64,000 bases of DNA, from contig CM106585.1 of assembly GCA_048013815.1 (NCBI GenBank), positions 12,090,001-12,154,000 on the forward strand, written 5' to 3'. Of this stretch, positions 35,501-45,916 are shown in pieces. Origin of the DNA: Setoptus koraiensis (lineage: Eukaryota > Animalia > Arthropoda). Position numbers and translations under genes: made by a program. Numbering within the stretch: the stretch's first letter is position 1; every line of letters begins with the position of its first letter. Under the pieces are notes generated by a model, which worked only from the letters and a program-made list of their open reading frames with translations, was not told the origin of the DNA and searched no databases.

Positions 35501-36640
35501 GATAGTATTGTTTTCAATGATTTAATTAGACCGCAATACATGGACAATTACTTCAAAATTCCGTCTAGGCACTCGATATTGCCGTTGAGTTGGATGCCGC
35601 TAGAGTCAATTTTGTTCTCAAAATATTCCAAAACGTCCGACGTTTGGTCCTATGGTTGTGTTCTGTATGAGCTGTTTAGCTTGGGCGAGCGAGCCTATTT
35701 TGGTTACACGAGCAAACAAATTATCGACGCCATCAGGTCACATTTGATGCCGCCTAAGCCGATTCAGTGTCCAAAAAAGATTTATGACCTAATGTGCAAA
35801 TGTTTGGCCGATCTGCCCAATTCAAGGCCGTCGTTCAAGCAAATAGGTCACGAGCTGGACGACGACAGTCTACTGTTCATGTGCCACATTGTCAAGTCGC
35901 CAATGTCGACACAATCACAGCAACAGCCACAACAACACCAGAGTCCATCGGTGAAGCCGAATAAAATTAATGAGCAACCGGCTCACGTTATGCCCATGTC
36001 GAAATCAATATTCATGATGGGTCCGCACCAACACACGAGAACGCACCATTTAAATCAGCGTCTGAAATCGTCTGTGTCCGCAAGTCAGTTCCAACATCAA
36101 CTGCAACAACCACAACAAGTACCTCTACTTCAATCGCAACCACAACAAGTACCTGCTCTACTTCAATCGCAACCAAAGCAACCACCAGTCTACGACATAC
36201 CACACCATGGGCCTCCCTCATTTCCCCCGCCGCCTCTTCCCTGTGACGCAATGTTGACGCGAACGAGTCAACATTGCGCTGTCACGCCAACCGAATGTGA
36301 CATTGATAGATTGTATAAGGAGACCACAGCGGGTGTCTTAGCACAATGTAAGCAGTTCCAAGACAACGACTATCAGTATGGTCAGTATTGTCAGAATGAT
36401 AATTTGTTGTATGATTTGCATGACACAATTGATAATCAATTCAATAGCGACCATGCCGGTCATGATCAATTTGATGATAATTTGAGCCTAGATTCGACAG
36501 GAGCAATGAATCAGGCCTCATCGGTAGCCTCGTCATTCAGACCAGTAACAGCACTAAAAGAGTATTACGGCAGAAATATTTGGCCAAAACAAACCCAGAC
36601 GCTGTTGCAACAAGAAACAACAACAACTAATGCAATCTAA
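32600..36640 (+). CDS. Ror: Ror coding exon 6 (CRD end, kringle, TM helix, degenerate tyrosine-kinase domain, Q/P-rich tail)
   Basis: ICRDECEILE (CRD); CFNGLGVSYRG...HPELFGGHNYCRNPG...PWCY (ROR-type kringle); YLLAPSVGAIFFLVAILLLIV (TM); HRDLATRNC, WMPLES and SDVWSYG (TK subdomains). Acceptor TAG at 32597-99. Confidence 0.92.
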   Translation: MCRDECEILEWIMCKSEFELARQHHSNTISVSVSEGNLAPMSSDSDSYPGGAQTTPTTLVPKCSTLPKVGTPQADTCNRLGLYQRVAHGQPPDMPSAVQFDSGGKRLSGINNNNYHGNNNNNNYGSSNNNSNSNNYASSSNNNNKTERPGRRFSSERFWRALLDGSASIPASWGMVPTVADRLELHESHGPLVQGHTCFNGLGVSYRGEASVTQDRQVCAHWHEILHFWRQQSASIGAQVAAADQRQMANVTMETKAAQQSVANRNELQPEFEFERHPELFGGHNYCRNPGHLERQPWCYVLLPAQPIVLTGSANEQSAQQFNGGLVYVRKLCQLQRCYHYFWLYLLAPSVGAIFFLVAILLLIVRLVRQKQLKKVTGRHHHLTSSNKTGDMNKSTYKLIDISQEKSFLMNYNGSSGTLKQQHSGEANRPSPLPVQTPANESPAKQQQPTTTTTAERQSTSSGPRFASIKQIYTHDYNRNDHDNALMRFNTKSSTGSGATAAKNNAPLNEDLHHSDQHNSVQQRKSGGPKPNTPTQVTTIQYNLRSLDGQVRCMKMTCPSIEPIEPQQPPVDSSPVVAGASDGDNSGARNMTAVMSPTKHTPTNCSSSLISSSNNSSLVCLSPTQRSNNNNNNNNKQSLQPSSLCHTTPTSTAAMVSESATMNGLFELESAATPTPTTPIPASLDDIHLLELLYDGQHSSVYLAAVSASPVDTQHHSTTTGQNNNNKYLAVRMLKFAETPPADGAAELSTGNFGGGAMKTSKSIFNQHTKQLLDTNDTDDALMSMSWAPSDQTNKQQDDQLTQSIVSNFHREAQLLNSGLNHDNLINFIGMLYGDQADDTQTGVIDQQSDRPCPILLYDMSNHTLDLTQWLMARRARLINHYDEPKINQQHHARSANNGEFEATINGELLMIAKQIAAGMQYLHDNNYIHRDLATRNCFLDNSDSLHVKLAVFNMASEQLRNNNNNTDSIVFNDLIRPQYMDNYFKIPSRHSILPLSWMPLESILFSKYSKTSDVWSYGCVLYELFSLGERAYFGYTSKQIIDAIRSHLMPPKPIQCPKKIYDLMCKCLADLPNSRPSFKQIGHELDDDSLLFMCHIVKSPMSTQSQQQPQQHQSPSVKPNKINEQPAHVMPMSKSIFMMGPHQHTRTHHLNQRLKSSVSASQFQHQLQQPQQVPLLQSQPQQVPALLQSQPKQPPVYDIPHHGPPSFPPPPLPCDAMLTRTSQHCAVTPTECDIDRLYKETTAGVLAQCKQFQDNDYQYGQYCQNDNLLYDLHDTIDNQFNSDHAGHDQFDDNLSLDSTGAMNQASSVASSFRPVTALKEYYGRNIWPKQTQTLLQQETTTTNAI

Positions 36641-37383
36641 ACTTCATAGATAGGATAAAAACAGAAAGAAGTGCAACCCACTATTCGACTTCCCTTCCGG
36701 AAGTGCCAAAACAAGACAAAGCAAAGATAATAATTTGATATGTAATAATATTGTGTTGAAACTGTGATTCAGTTACTAGTGTTTTTATACAACCAGAACA
36801 ATACAAATAAACAGTTATGTAACTCCTGAAAGCGCCCCGAGCCACAAACGGCATTTTTCAACAGGCCTAAACCGAAGCTTCTGACAGAATCAAGTGGGAT
36901 ATCCGTATTGTTTTCAACTTCGTAACTGTTGCATGTGCTAGAGATGCTCGCATCGTCAACTATGAACAAGTATTGGCGATTTTGATCGAACAAGACTGGA
37001 CGATTCACTTTTTCTCAACAAGGTCTTGCTTTCAATCCATCAAAGATCCTATTGTTTATCCGTGTTCTTTTGGTCCATGGGGAACTTATTTTTCTGCACC
37101 GAGTTTTGTTTTGTTTTTTCACCTACTCCAAAAAAATCCGCAAGGGCGGCGCTATTCTAACAGAGCAGCTGTCAAATGATTGATTACTCACCGAGCTGTT
37201 TCAATGAAATGAATTTTTACTCCCCTTCGTTGACAAATTAACTGATATCTAGACCGTAACAACATATATTCCTCACAAAATTAGCCAACTGCCAACATTC
37301 GGTCCACAGTTGATCAAGTACCAGAATACTCCTCCCTGAATATTTTGTAACTGTTTCGTCATCGATATATCTCACAACAATCA

Positions 37384-37701
37384 ATGATGAAATTCACAAC
37401 TGTCGAAGACGGTAAACATTTGGAATATCTGGAGTCAATTGCATCGACGGAGCCCTGTGGCAGACTGATTTTGTTGTTCTACGCATCACTGGACAAAGAA
37501 ACTGGCAAGTCGTGGTGTAGTGATTGTCGCGATCTGGATCCCGTCCTTCAATCACTGGCCAGCAACGAGCTCGAAAAAGAAGATTTAACCCTGGCGAAAA
37601 TCTACGTGGGCCAAAGGCAAGATTGGAGAGATCAGAACAATTACTTTAGAACATGTGATTATAAAATCACTGCTGTGCCCACTTTGGTAAACACAAAAAC
37701 T
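37384..37701 (+). CDS. TXNDC17: Thioredoxin domain-containing protein 17 (TRP14), exon 1
   Basis: SWCSDC active site and the YVGQRQDW...VPTL motif; donor GTCAGT at 37702. Confidence 0.88.
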
Positions 37702-37823
37702 GTCAGTAGGAGAAGAACCAGCCTAACTGCCGTGGTGTTATTATTAGCATTATATCAATGACTTATCTGTATCTTTGATATTCTTCCTCTCTTTTATCCG
37801 TTTGTTCTCATACATACACACAG

Positions 37824-37892
37824 AATCAGCGATTGGTAGAATCGGAGTGTTTGGATAGGGAAAGGGTGAAAAACTTTCTGGCCACTACCTGA
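37824..37892 (+). CDS. TXNDC17: TXNDC17 exon 2
   Basis: CAG acceptor; NQRLVESECLDRERVKNFLATT* matches the conserved QKLVESEC C-terminus. Confidence 0.85.
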   Translation, partial: NQRLVESECLDRERVKNFLATT

Positions 37893-38275
37893 TCCAGCGT
37901 GCTCCTGCCCGATACTCAAAAAAGTTACAAGCCCACAACTGCAACCAACTCTCAGAACAATTATGAGCCGTGTGAGGAACCAAGAAATTTTTCATTTGAT
38001 TGCAACAAATCTTGCCAAAAAATTGTTTGCTTTGGTATGAAATAGCGCGTTTCCAGAAAAAGAGAAAAGTTCGAGATTTAAACCTCGCGCTAAATTCTTG
38101 CTCTGATCCGCGATCTAAAAATATTTCTTCTCACAAATGTGGACCAAGAAATAAATTCATAAACAAAACAAATCACGCTTTATCGCTAGAGATCTCTCAA
38201 TATATTGGCAATACTTAAAACTCCATCTCATTATTGTCAACTGTGTAATAACTGTCAATCAGGCAAGTAGATAAT

Positions 38276-38620
38276 ATGAATGCCCCAAACTCCTTTGAGT
38301 CATTTCTCTTGTTCGATGGAGAAAGTAAAATTGTCATGGAGAAGGACACAAAAGTCCCGAATGCGTGCATATTTACAGTCAACAAGGAAGACCACACATT
38401 GGGCAACATGATCAGGATGCAACTACTCAAGGATCCAAAAGTGCTATTCGCCGGCTACAAGGTACCACATCCCCTAGAGCACAAATTTGTTCTTCGACTG
38501 CAAACATCAGCTGGCTATACTCCCATCGAAGCTTTATCGAACGCTATCAACGATTTAACCAGTGAGATATCCCTTCTGGAGGAGAGATTCAAGGAGGCAG
38601 TGGATACGGGTTTAGATTAG
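38276..38620 (+). CDS. POLR2J: RNA polymerase II subunit RPB11, intronless
   Basis: MNAPxxFESFLLF...NKEDHTLGN...[13 protein letters not shown] signature. Confidence 0.97.
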   Translation: MNAPNSFESFLLFDGESKIVMEKDTKVPNACIFTVNKEDHTLGNMIRMQLLKDPKVLFAGYKVPHPLEHKFVLRLQTSAGYTPIEALSNAINDLTSEISLLEERFKEAVDTGLD

Positions 38621-38782
38621 AGCAGATGTGCTATTGATATGAGGACTGATTTTTAATAGTATAATACATACACATCAGAGTCTATAAGGTGTATATAGGT
38701 ATAGGTGTAAACTCATTTGTTGGTACACAATTATATACATAAATGTAATTAATTTTTTTCTTATCACAATGATGAATTAAAG

Positions 38783-39832
38783 CTACTCTCCTAGCTTTAT
38801 TTTTTTGACAACACTGCCTGAGTTGAGAGCGCTGCTACCACTCGCGGCACTCATACTACTACTAGCACTGCTCCCACTACTTCCGCTGCTTGCACAACTT
38901 CCACTGCTCCCACTGCTCCCACTACTACCGCTACTTCCGCCACCTCCTGAATAGCTATTGCCGATTGTGTTGGCGTGGGGTTTTATAACGTGTGATCTAT
39001 ATTTTGTGGGGCTATCTTGAATTATTTTAGTAAATTCCCTAGCTAATGCATCTATAAGTTCTAAAGTCGCTGAATCATCGACATGCTCCCACCAGTCTTT
39101 CTTGCCAGTCTTATCATGTGATTGTGCTATCTCTAACTTAGACCACTTGAGGGCCACATGGATACAAACGCAAGCTACAATGGACGGTTTATAAAGTAGG
39201 CATAGTGTAGTTAATTGCAAGCTTAATGTTGCAAAATTGTAGGCCACATGTGTGAGTTCCTTACCAAGGCCACCGGCCTTAACAAGCTGACAATGTGTGA
39301 TTATTGAGGCATGTGGGTGGTCAAGTTTCATTTCAAAACCTAATGTTTGTAATAGAAGATTCTCATTTGCTACAAGCTTCTGAGCCGTCTCTAGATACTC
39401 TTTGCTTTGGGGGTCTGGTCTAGCCAATAATTCAACAGTGGGAGAGTGAGCTGATAGATTTTCAGCAGTTCTAGTTTTTAGATGTACAATATAAGCTGTA
39501 TTTATAATGTGCTCTAATCTTTTTGGCATCTCCTCTACCTTGGCGGCCAGGAATAGTGAACATGTGGCTATGTCAACCTTGGGAAATTTCTGGAATGAGT
39601 GAAACATGTAAAATCTGTGCATGTAAACAATTGCCGTATTCATACAACATTGGGATAGTTTGAGCTCGCGGCCCATCTCTATAATAAAGTTGGCGGCCCA
39701 TTGACGATCACTAAGTTCTTTGTCATATGTGTAGCCCCTACGTATCGATGGTGTGTTATTGAGTTGTTCCCTGGTGAATATCCATCTGTTCTGCCTTTCT
39801 TTCTCGAATGGAAGATGTTTTGGGGCATTCAT
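38783..39832 (-). CDS. CCNT: Cyclin T (P-TEFb), intronless CDS, short C-terminus
   Basis: RWIFTREQLNNTPS...NTAIVYMHRFYMFHSF...LFLAAKVEE...LLQTLGF cyclin-T boxes. ATG at 39832 follows TACTGACCACTAG, a 5' UTR acceptor. Confidence 0.93.
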   Translation of the reverse strand: MNAPKHLPFEKERQNRWIFTREQLNNTPSIRRGYTYDKELSDRQWAANFIIEMGRELKLSQCCMNTAIVYMHRFYMFHSFQKFPKVDIATCSLFLAAKVEEMPKRLEHIINTAYIVHLKTRTAENLSAHSPTVELLARPDPQSKEYLETAQKLVANENLLLQTLGFEMKLDHPHASIITHCQLVKAGGLGKELTHVAYNFATLSLQLTTLCLLYKPSIVACVCIHVALKWSKLEIAQSHDKTGKKDWWEHVDDSATLELIDALAREFTKIIQDSPTKYRSHVIKPHANTIGNSYSGGGGSSGSSGSSGSSGSCASSGSSGSSASSSMSAASGSSALNSGSVVKKIKLGE

Positions 39833-41643
39833 GGTCACTAGTGGTCAGTAGCTTGAATGACAATAATACGAGTAACGAGACCAGGATTTCTTATTTACTA
39901 TAATATTGACAAATATCTAGCTAACTGATAGAGCGTGACTTGGTGTTGTTTATAATTTTATCTTTCTTGGTCCGCACTTGTGAGTAGAAATGTTTTTAGT
40001 CCGCAGATCAGGGCGAGAAGGCGCGAGTTTTGAATCTCAATTTTTCTTCTTTTTTTTTCGTGCCAATTCGTCCAATTAAAATCTCTTAATAAAGGATTTA
40101 TCGGCCGAATATGTTGTGAGGAAATGGAAGATTTCCTGGTTTCTCACCTGACCATGCCAGCTTACCAGAGTGTAAGAATTTGTCTAAGCGTTGGTACCGG
40201 TTTTAACAGGTTTAAGCTGTACACGTGTAGATCAGCTGCTTGATAGTGCATTGTTTGTCGGTCGCTCGTGTGTGCGTGCGTGCAAACAAACAAAAGGGTC
40301 AATGAGATTAGGACACAGGTGATTTTCCACATTACTTCATGAAAAATAATAGATTGCGCCTGTTGCCTCCAAAGTAATTAAATTAACCACTCATAATATT
40401 GTCAATGGAATTTCAGTCTCTCTAGAGGGATGCAAATCGATAATTTTGCCGGTTTCCCGATAGATGATCATTTTGGTCGTTGTCCAGGTCGCAACTCACC
40501 CGCTCAGATTACTGGAGTTCGCTCGTGCAACCGAAATAGGCACTCGTTTGCATAAACTAACAACTGACCAGAAAAACTATAACCAGGAGTCTAAAGATCG
40601 GACGTTTTGAAATATGCTCATCTCATCAGTAACCGGTTAAAGACGATGCTAGAGGTGAGTAGCAAGTCATCAATTATACTACTGCTGTATTTTTGCAAGC
40701 CGGCAGCTTACTCCGTGCTTCTAAGTCCATAGAGATTCATCGTCACATCGTTTTATCTCTCTATTTCGGTTTCATTCGCGGGTACAGTAGTACCGGCTGA
40801 TTATTCGCAAGTGCAGTAGTACCAACTGATTATTTACAACTACCGTTTACTGCACAGATTCTATTTTTCGACGCTCGTAGCTCGATTTGATGGAACGCCA
40901 CATGGAATTTGGCACTGGGTGAAGCATAAGTTTTGGAAGAAAAACTTACTGAGTTTCATGGCAGAACGATGTCTAAACTTTTACCCTACTTAGTAATCAA
41001 CTACGCACACAGTTAATGAGAAAGAAAAACGTATGTCTGTGATGAGAAGAAACTGCACAGCTTTCGCAAAGAAGTTATGAATCACTCAATGTTTATCTTT
41101 CCACAATTGTTATTGCTTCATCCTAGCCGACATGTAACAGTTATGTCACAATAACCTAAGCCACTGTTGTCGCATTTCTACGTAAACAACACCATTGCTA
41201 CAAATACTCATTGATTTAATCCAAGCTAGTCATGTGCCTGTTACTTTTTATCTCTGGCCACCTCTAATTTATCTATCATTTGCTATTAGTCCAACGACAA
41301 CAACATTAGGAATCTGCATTTGTGTCAAACAAGTTGTTTTATTTATGGAAAGCAAACCATCATCTTGTTGTGAGCTCCACTTTACTTGACTCAGAAAGAA
41401 AAAGCAAAAACGAAACGCAGACAGTAAAAAGAGTTTAACTATCAACCTCGAGCTGATTCAGCAAAACCTAGTCTTGGGGATTTTTTTATTCATTCAATGT
41501 AGCTCTTTTTCTGAACTACATTGATCTTTCCAGCCATTATTGCCAGCTAGTACCATGATTTTAATCTACCCATCAAACAGATATTTAAATAAAAAGAAAC
41601 CTTGATAGTGTACATTAGAGGATTGTCCCCAACAATTTTTCAC

Positions 41644-43086
41644 ATGGACTTGGTTTTTAGACATGGTTTGGTTCAGAGCATCATCAGGCATAAAATTGGA
41701 TATTTTCCTAGATCTAGATTCCTTTCGAACACCCCTTTAGAATCATCTATGAACGCGATTTACAACTATAATCGTCAACTGGATCATTTGATTAAAAAAA
41801 AGAGAGATGACGACACCTATAGAGTCTTTCGGAAGGTCCGTCGATTTAGTGATAAATTTCCATTTGGAACTGAACAAGGTCGAAATGTTATAATTTGGTG
41901 CAGTAATGATTATTTTGGTATGAGCAGCCACTATGGCGTCAGAGATGCAATAATACAAGCACTGAATAAATATGGGGCAGGTAGTGGTGGTACCCGGAAC
42001 ATTGCTGGTAATAGTCCTTTACACGAGAACTTAGAAGCCGAATTGGCAGATTTGCATGAAAAAGAAGCAGCACTTTTATTCTCATCGTGTTACGTCGCCA
42101 ATGATTCAACATTGTTCACGCTGGCCAAATTATTGCCTGGTTGCGAAATATTCTCAGACGCTGGCAACCACGCTTCAATGATTCAAGGTATAAGAAACTC
42201 AGGCGCCAAGAAGCACATATTCAAAACATTTGATCCAATTGATCTAGAGGAGCAACTCCAAAAAGTCCCAATATCTACACCGAAAATCGTTGCCTTTGAG
42301 ACAGTCCACTCTATGACTGGCGATGTTAGTCCTGTGGAGAAAATGTGTGACATATCTCATAAATATGGAGGTCTTACTTTTGTCGATGAGGTCCACGCAG
42401 TGGGACTGTATGGTGAGAGAGGGGCTGGAATTGCTCAACGTGAAAATTGCATGGAAAAACTGGATATTGTTTCGGGAACTCTTGGTAAGGCCTACGGTAA
42501 TTGTGGCGGCTATATAGCTTCAAATGCAAACTTGGTCGATGTTGTGAGGAGTTACGCAGCCGGTTTCATATTCACGACTAGCTTGCCACCAACAGTTGTT
42601 TGCGGCGCAACAGAGTCAGTGAGAATTCTCAAGGGCGAAGAGGGACGCAGACTTAGACAGATGCAACAGGCAAATGTTTTTCACATGAAGAGAAGCTTGA
42701 CAGCGGCAGGTCTTCCACATCTACCAAGTAGAAGTCATATCATTCCGATACCGATTGGGGATGCGGCTAAATGTGCTCAAGTTTCTGGTGATCTTCTTGA
42801 ACAAGGGCACTATATACAATCAATAAATTATCCGACCGTCCCCAAAGGCACTGAACGACTGCGCGTATCCATCACACCTTTCCATAATGAACGCATGATT
42901 GACGAGCTTGTCGACAGGCTGGTTATAATATGGAAGGCTCATGGACTGAATTTCCTGCCTACAGTAGAGTTAGTTGGAAAAAGCTTCCTTAATAGTGGGA
43001 AGCAGGACAACGTGGCCACAAGTGACCCAATGTGGTGCCTCCACTGCCATCAAGAAATGGAGCTCGACATGTGGGCCTTTCGCTAA
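41644..43086 (+). CDS. ALAS: 5-aminolevulinate synthase, mitochondrial, intronless CDS
   Basis: WCSNDY, GAGSGGTRNI, DEVHAVGLYG and the SGTLGKAYG PLP-lysine motif. First ATG at 41644; the frame is open from 41602. Confidence 0.95.
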   Translation: MDLVFRHGLVQSIIRHKIGYFPRSRFLSNTPLESSMNAIYNYNRQLDHLIKKKRDDDTYRVFRKVRRFSDKFPFGTEQGRNVIIWCSNDYFGMSSHYGVRDAIIQALNKYGAGSGGTRNIAGNSPLHENLEAELADLHEKEAALLFSSCYVANDSTLFTLAKLLPGCEIFSDAGNHASMIQGIRNSGAKKHIFKTFDPIDLEEQLQKVPISTPKIVAFETVHSMTGDVSPVEKMCDISHKYGGLTFVDEVHAVGLYGERGAGIAQRENCMEKLDIVSGTLGKAYGNCGGYIASNANLVDVVRSYAAGFIFTTSLPPTVVCGATESVRILKGEEGRRLRQMQQANVFHMKRSLTAAGLPHLPSRSHIIPIPIGDAAKCAQVSGDLLEQGHYIQSINYPTVPKGTERLRVSITPFHNERMIDELVDRLVIIWKAHGLNFLPTVELVGKSFLNSGKQDNVATSDPMWCLHCHQEMELDMWAFR

Positions 43087-43219
43087 GTGACATGTGTGCA
43101 ATAATTTGTTAAGTTAATTAGACATTTATAATGAAGATGTATTTTAATAAAAGAGCATATCTATCAAATATTTATTACTGGTTCAGTACTTTACATATGA
43201 ATTTGTTTACATGAGACTT

Positions 43220-45436
43220 TTAATCTACCTCCTCCATTTTGTTTACATCTGCGTCGCCCTCAGCTGAGGCTGCAGGTGCGTCTGCGGGCATCTCAACTTC
43301 AGGTTCAGCTACATCTTCCTCGTCAATTCCCAGACCGAGCTTGATCATTCGGTGGATTCTAGAAGCATGGGTCTCAGGCTCTTCGAGAGAGAATCCTGAG
43401 CACAGGAGCGATGTTTCGAATAAGAGCATCACAAGATCCTTCACTGATTTGTCATTCTTGTCAGCTTCAGCTCGTACTCTGATACGTTCTATGATGGGAT
43501 GGTCTGGATTGATTTCCAAGTTTTTCTTGGCAGACATATAACTCATGGTGCTAGCGTCTCGCAGAGCTTGGGCTTTCATGATACGCTCCATATTAGCCGA
43601 CCATCCGTATTGACCAGTGACGATACAGCATGGTGATGAGACCAATCTGTTTGATACTGTGACCTTTTCAACTTTGCCAGAGAGAATCTCCTTGACAACC
43701 TTGCACAAGTTTTCGAATTTCTTTACATCTTCCTCACGTTTCTTCTTCTCTTCCTCGTCTTCGGGTAGCTCGAGACCTTCCTTGGTAACTGAGACCAATT
43801 GCTTGCCATCAAACTCTTTGAGCTGTTGTACACAGTACTCGTCGATTGGCTCAGTCATATAGACAACTTCGAAACCACGCTTCTTGACCCTTTCGACGAA
43901 AGCCGAATTAGCGACGACCTCTCTTGACTCACCAGTGATGAAATAAATATGGTTTTGGTTCTCTTTCATTCTGGAAACATAGTCCTTCAATGAGCAGGCC
44001 TGTTCTCCGGACGCAGATGTGTGGAAACGCAGAAGCTCAGCCAACTTATTGCGGTTTTGAGTATCTTCGTGGATGCCTAATTTGATGTTCTTGCCAAAGT
44101 GCTCGTAGAATTTCTCATATAGTTCTTTGTTGTCAGCCAATTCCTCGAATAGCTGTAGGCATTTCTTGACCAGGTTCTTGCGGATAACTTTGAGAATCTT
44201 GTTTTGTTGCAGCATTTCACGGGAGATGTTCAATGGTAGATCCTCTGAATCAACGACACCCTTGATGAAGTTGAGGTATTCGGGCACGAGGTCCTCGCAG
44301 TTTTCCATGATAAATACGCGTCTGACGTAGAGCTTGATGCTATTCTTCTGTCGGCGGTTTTCAAATAGATCGAATGGAGCACGTTTGGGAATAAATAGTA
44401 AAGCTCTGAATTCGAGCTGACCTTCTACAGAAAAGTGCTTGACGGCAAGATGATCCTCCCAGTCATTAGTCAGACTTTTGTAGAATTCGCCGTATTCTGC
44501 CTCTGTGATATCATCGGCGTTTCTCATCCAAATGGGTTTAGTTTTGTTGAGCTCATCTTCATCCATGTATTTCTCTTTGATTGTTTTCTTTTTCTTCTTC
44601 TTTTTGTCTTTATCTTCGTCCTCATCAACATCTTCCAACTTGGGCTCATCATCGTCTACCTTCTCTTCACCGTCTTCTCCCTCTTTCTTTTCGTCTTTCT
44701 TTTCATCCTTCTTTTCCTCCTCCTCCTCCTCGTCATCAGACACCTCCTTTTCTCGCTCCTTCTCTACGTAGAGTTTGATTGGGTAGCCAATAAATTGAGA
44801 ATGCTTCTTGATGACATCTTTGATTCGGCGCTCTTCGAGGAAATCGGTTTGATCCTCTTTAAGGTGCATGATGATTTTGGTACCACGACCCAGTGGTTCG
44901 CTGTAGTCTTGACGAACTGTGAAAGAACCACCAGCGGATGACTCCCAGGCGTATTGAACATCGTCGTTGTGCTTAGAGATAACTACAACACGGTCGGCGA
45001 CCAGATAGATGGAGTAGAAACCCACACCAAACTGACCAATCATGGAGATGTCAGCACCGGAGTTGAGGGCTTCCATAAAGGCTTTGGTTCCTGATTTGGC
45101 GATGGTACCAAGGTTGTTAATCAAGTCACGCTTTGTCATACCAACACCTGTGTCGACGATGGTTAGGGTGCGCTCCTCTTTGTTTGGGATGATTTTGATG
45201 TGTAGGTCTTTGCATGAATCGAGCTGGCTTGGGTCGGTGAGACTGGCATAGCGAATTTTGTCGAGAGCATCACTAGAGTTTGATACTAGCTCACGAAGGA
45301 AAATTTCTTTGTTTGAGTAGAAGGTGTTGATGATAAGACTCATTAACTGGGCAATTTCCGCTTGGAAGGCGAATGATTCGGCCTTGGCATCCCCAACGGG
45401 AACGTCGCCGGCGTTAGCAGTTTGAACATCAGCCAT
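43220..45436 (-). CDS. Hsp83: Cytosolic Hsp90 (Hsp83), intronless
   Basis: [33 protein letters not shown], charged linker and C-terminal MEEVD. Confidence 0.99.
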   Translation of the reverse strand: MADVQTANAGDVPVGDAKAESFAFQAEIAQLMSLIINTFYSNKEIFLRELVSNSSDALDKIRYASLTDPSQLDSCKDLHIKIIPNKEERTLTIVDTGVGMTKRDLINNLGTIAKSGTKAFMEALNSGADISMIGQFGVGFYSIYLVADRVVVISKHNDDVQYAWESSAGGSFTVRQDYSEPLGRGTKIIMHLKEDQTDFLEERRIKDVIKKHSQFIGYPIKLYVEKEREKEVSDDEEEEEEKKDEKKDEKKEGEDGEEKVDDDEPKLEDVDEDEDKDKKKKKKKTIKEKYMDEDELNKTKPIWMRNADDITEAEYGEFYKSLTNDWEDHLAVKHFSVEGQLEFRALLFIPKRAPFDLFENRRQKNSIKLYVRRVFIMENCEDLVPEYLNFIKGVVDSEDLPLNISREMLQQNKILKVIRKNLVKKCLQLFEELADNKELYEKFYEHFGKNIKLGIHEDTQNRNKLAELLRFHTSASGEQACSLKDYVSRMKENQNHIYFITGESREVVANSAFVERVKKRGFEVVYMTEPIDEYCVQQLKEFDGKQLVSVTKEGLELPEDEEEKKKREEDVKKFENLCKVVKEILSGKVEKVTVSNRLVSSPCCIVTGQYGWSANMERIMKAQALRDASTMSYMSAKKNLEINPDHPIIERIRVRAEADKNDKSVKDLVMLLFETSLLCSGFSLEEPETHASRIHRMIKLGLGIDEEDVAEPEVEMPADAPAASAEGDADVNKMEEVD

Positions 45437-45648
45437 TTTTACTGTATAATTCTATCAACTATTTCAAAGAGGTACAACGGATATTATAAGAGTTATTGCG
45501 TAGGTATGCTTGACAATGAATACTGTTTCTGGTTGGAATAATTTATTTTCTGTAGACTTTTAGGTAGTTTTAGATGCGATCTGGCGAAACTTTTAACTTC
45601 AACTGAACACAGAGAGCATAGCGCGTCAAGCATTTAAATTGATGTGAG

Positions 45649-45916
45649 CGAACTTTCTAGAATAGAACGGCCAACGAACCAGAACCCATGCAATTCAATG
45701 CAACACACAAACAGACACACAGGCACACGCACTCAACCACTGTTCGATAGGCGTATAGTGTACACACGCACAGACGAACGCACGCTTTATCTCTATACCT
45801 TGCGCATGCATGCTTTTTCTAGAAACGGCTGCCATGAGGAATATTCTCGAAGAAATTGTCCAATGCACACGCAGCGGCACACAAGCGTGCTTTCAAGCAT
45901 CCTTCCAGAATATTCC
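45649..45916. promoter_or_regulatory. Heat-shock element cluster between Hsp90 and dUTPase
   Basis: Three perfect three-unit nGAAn arrays: cGAAc-tTTCt-aGAAt (45649-63), gGAAt-aTTCt-cGAAg (45838-52), cTTCc-aGAAt-aTTCc (45902-16); plus a two-unit site at 45816-25. Confidence 0.85.

Noticed and set aside
36769-37008. 79-aa minus-strand ORF between Ror and TXNDC17
   Set aside because: GTG start, no recognisable family, and the CX10C spacing does not fit CX9C; may be Ror 3' UTR. A minus-strand donor at 37191 leaves a small gene possible but unsupported.
43239-45251. Plus-strand ORFs over Hsp90
   Set aside because: Antisense shadows of a strongly codon-biased gene.
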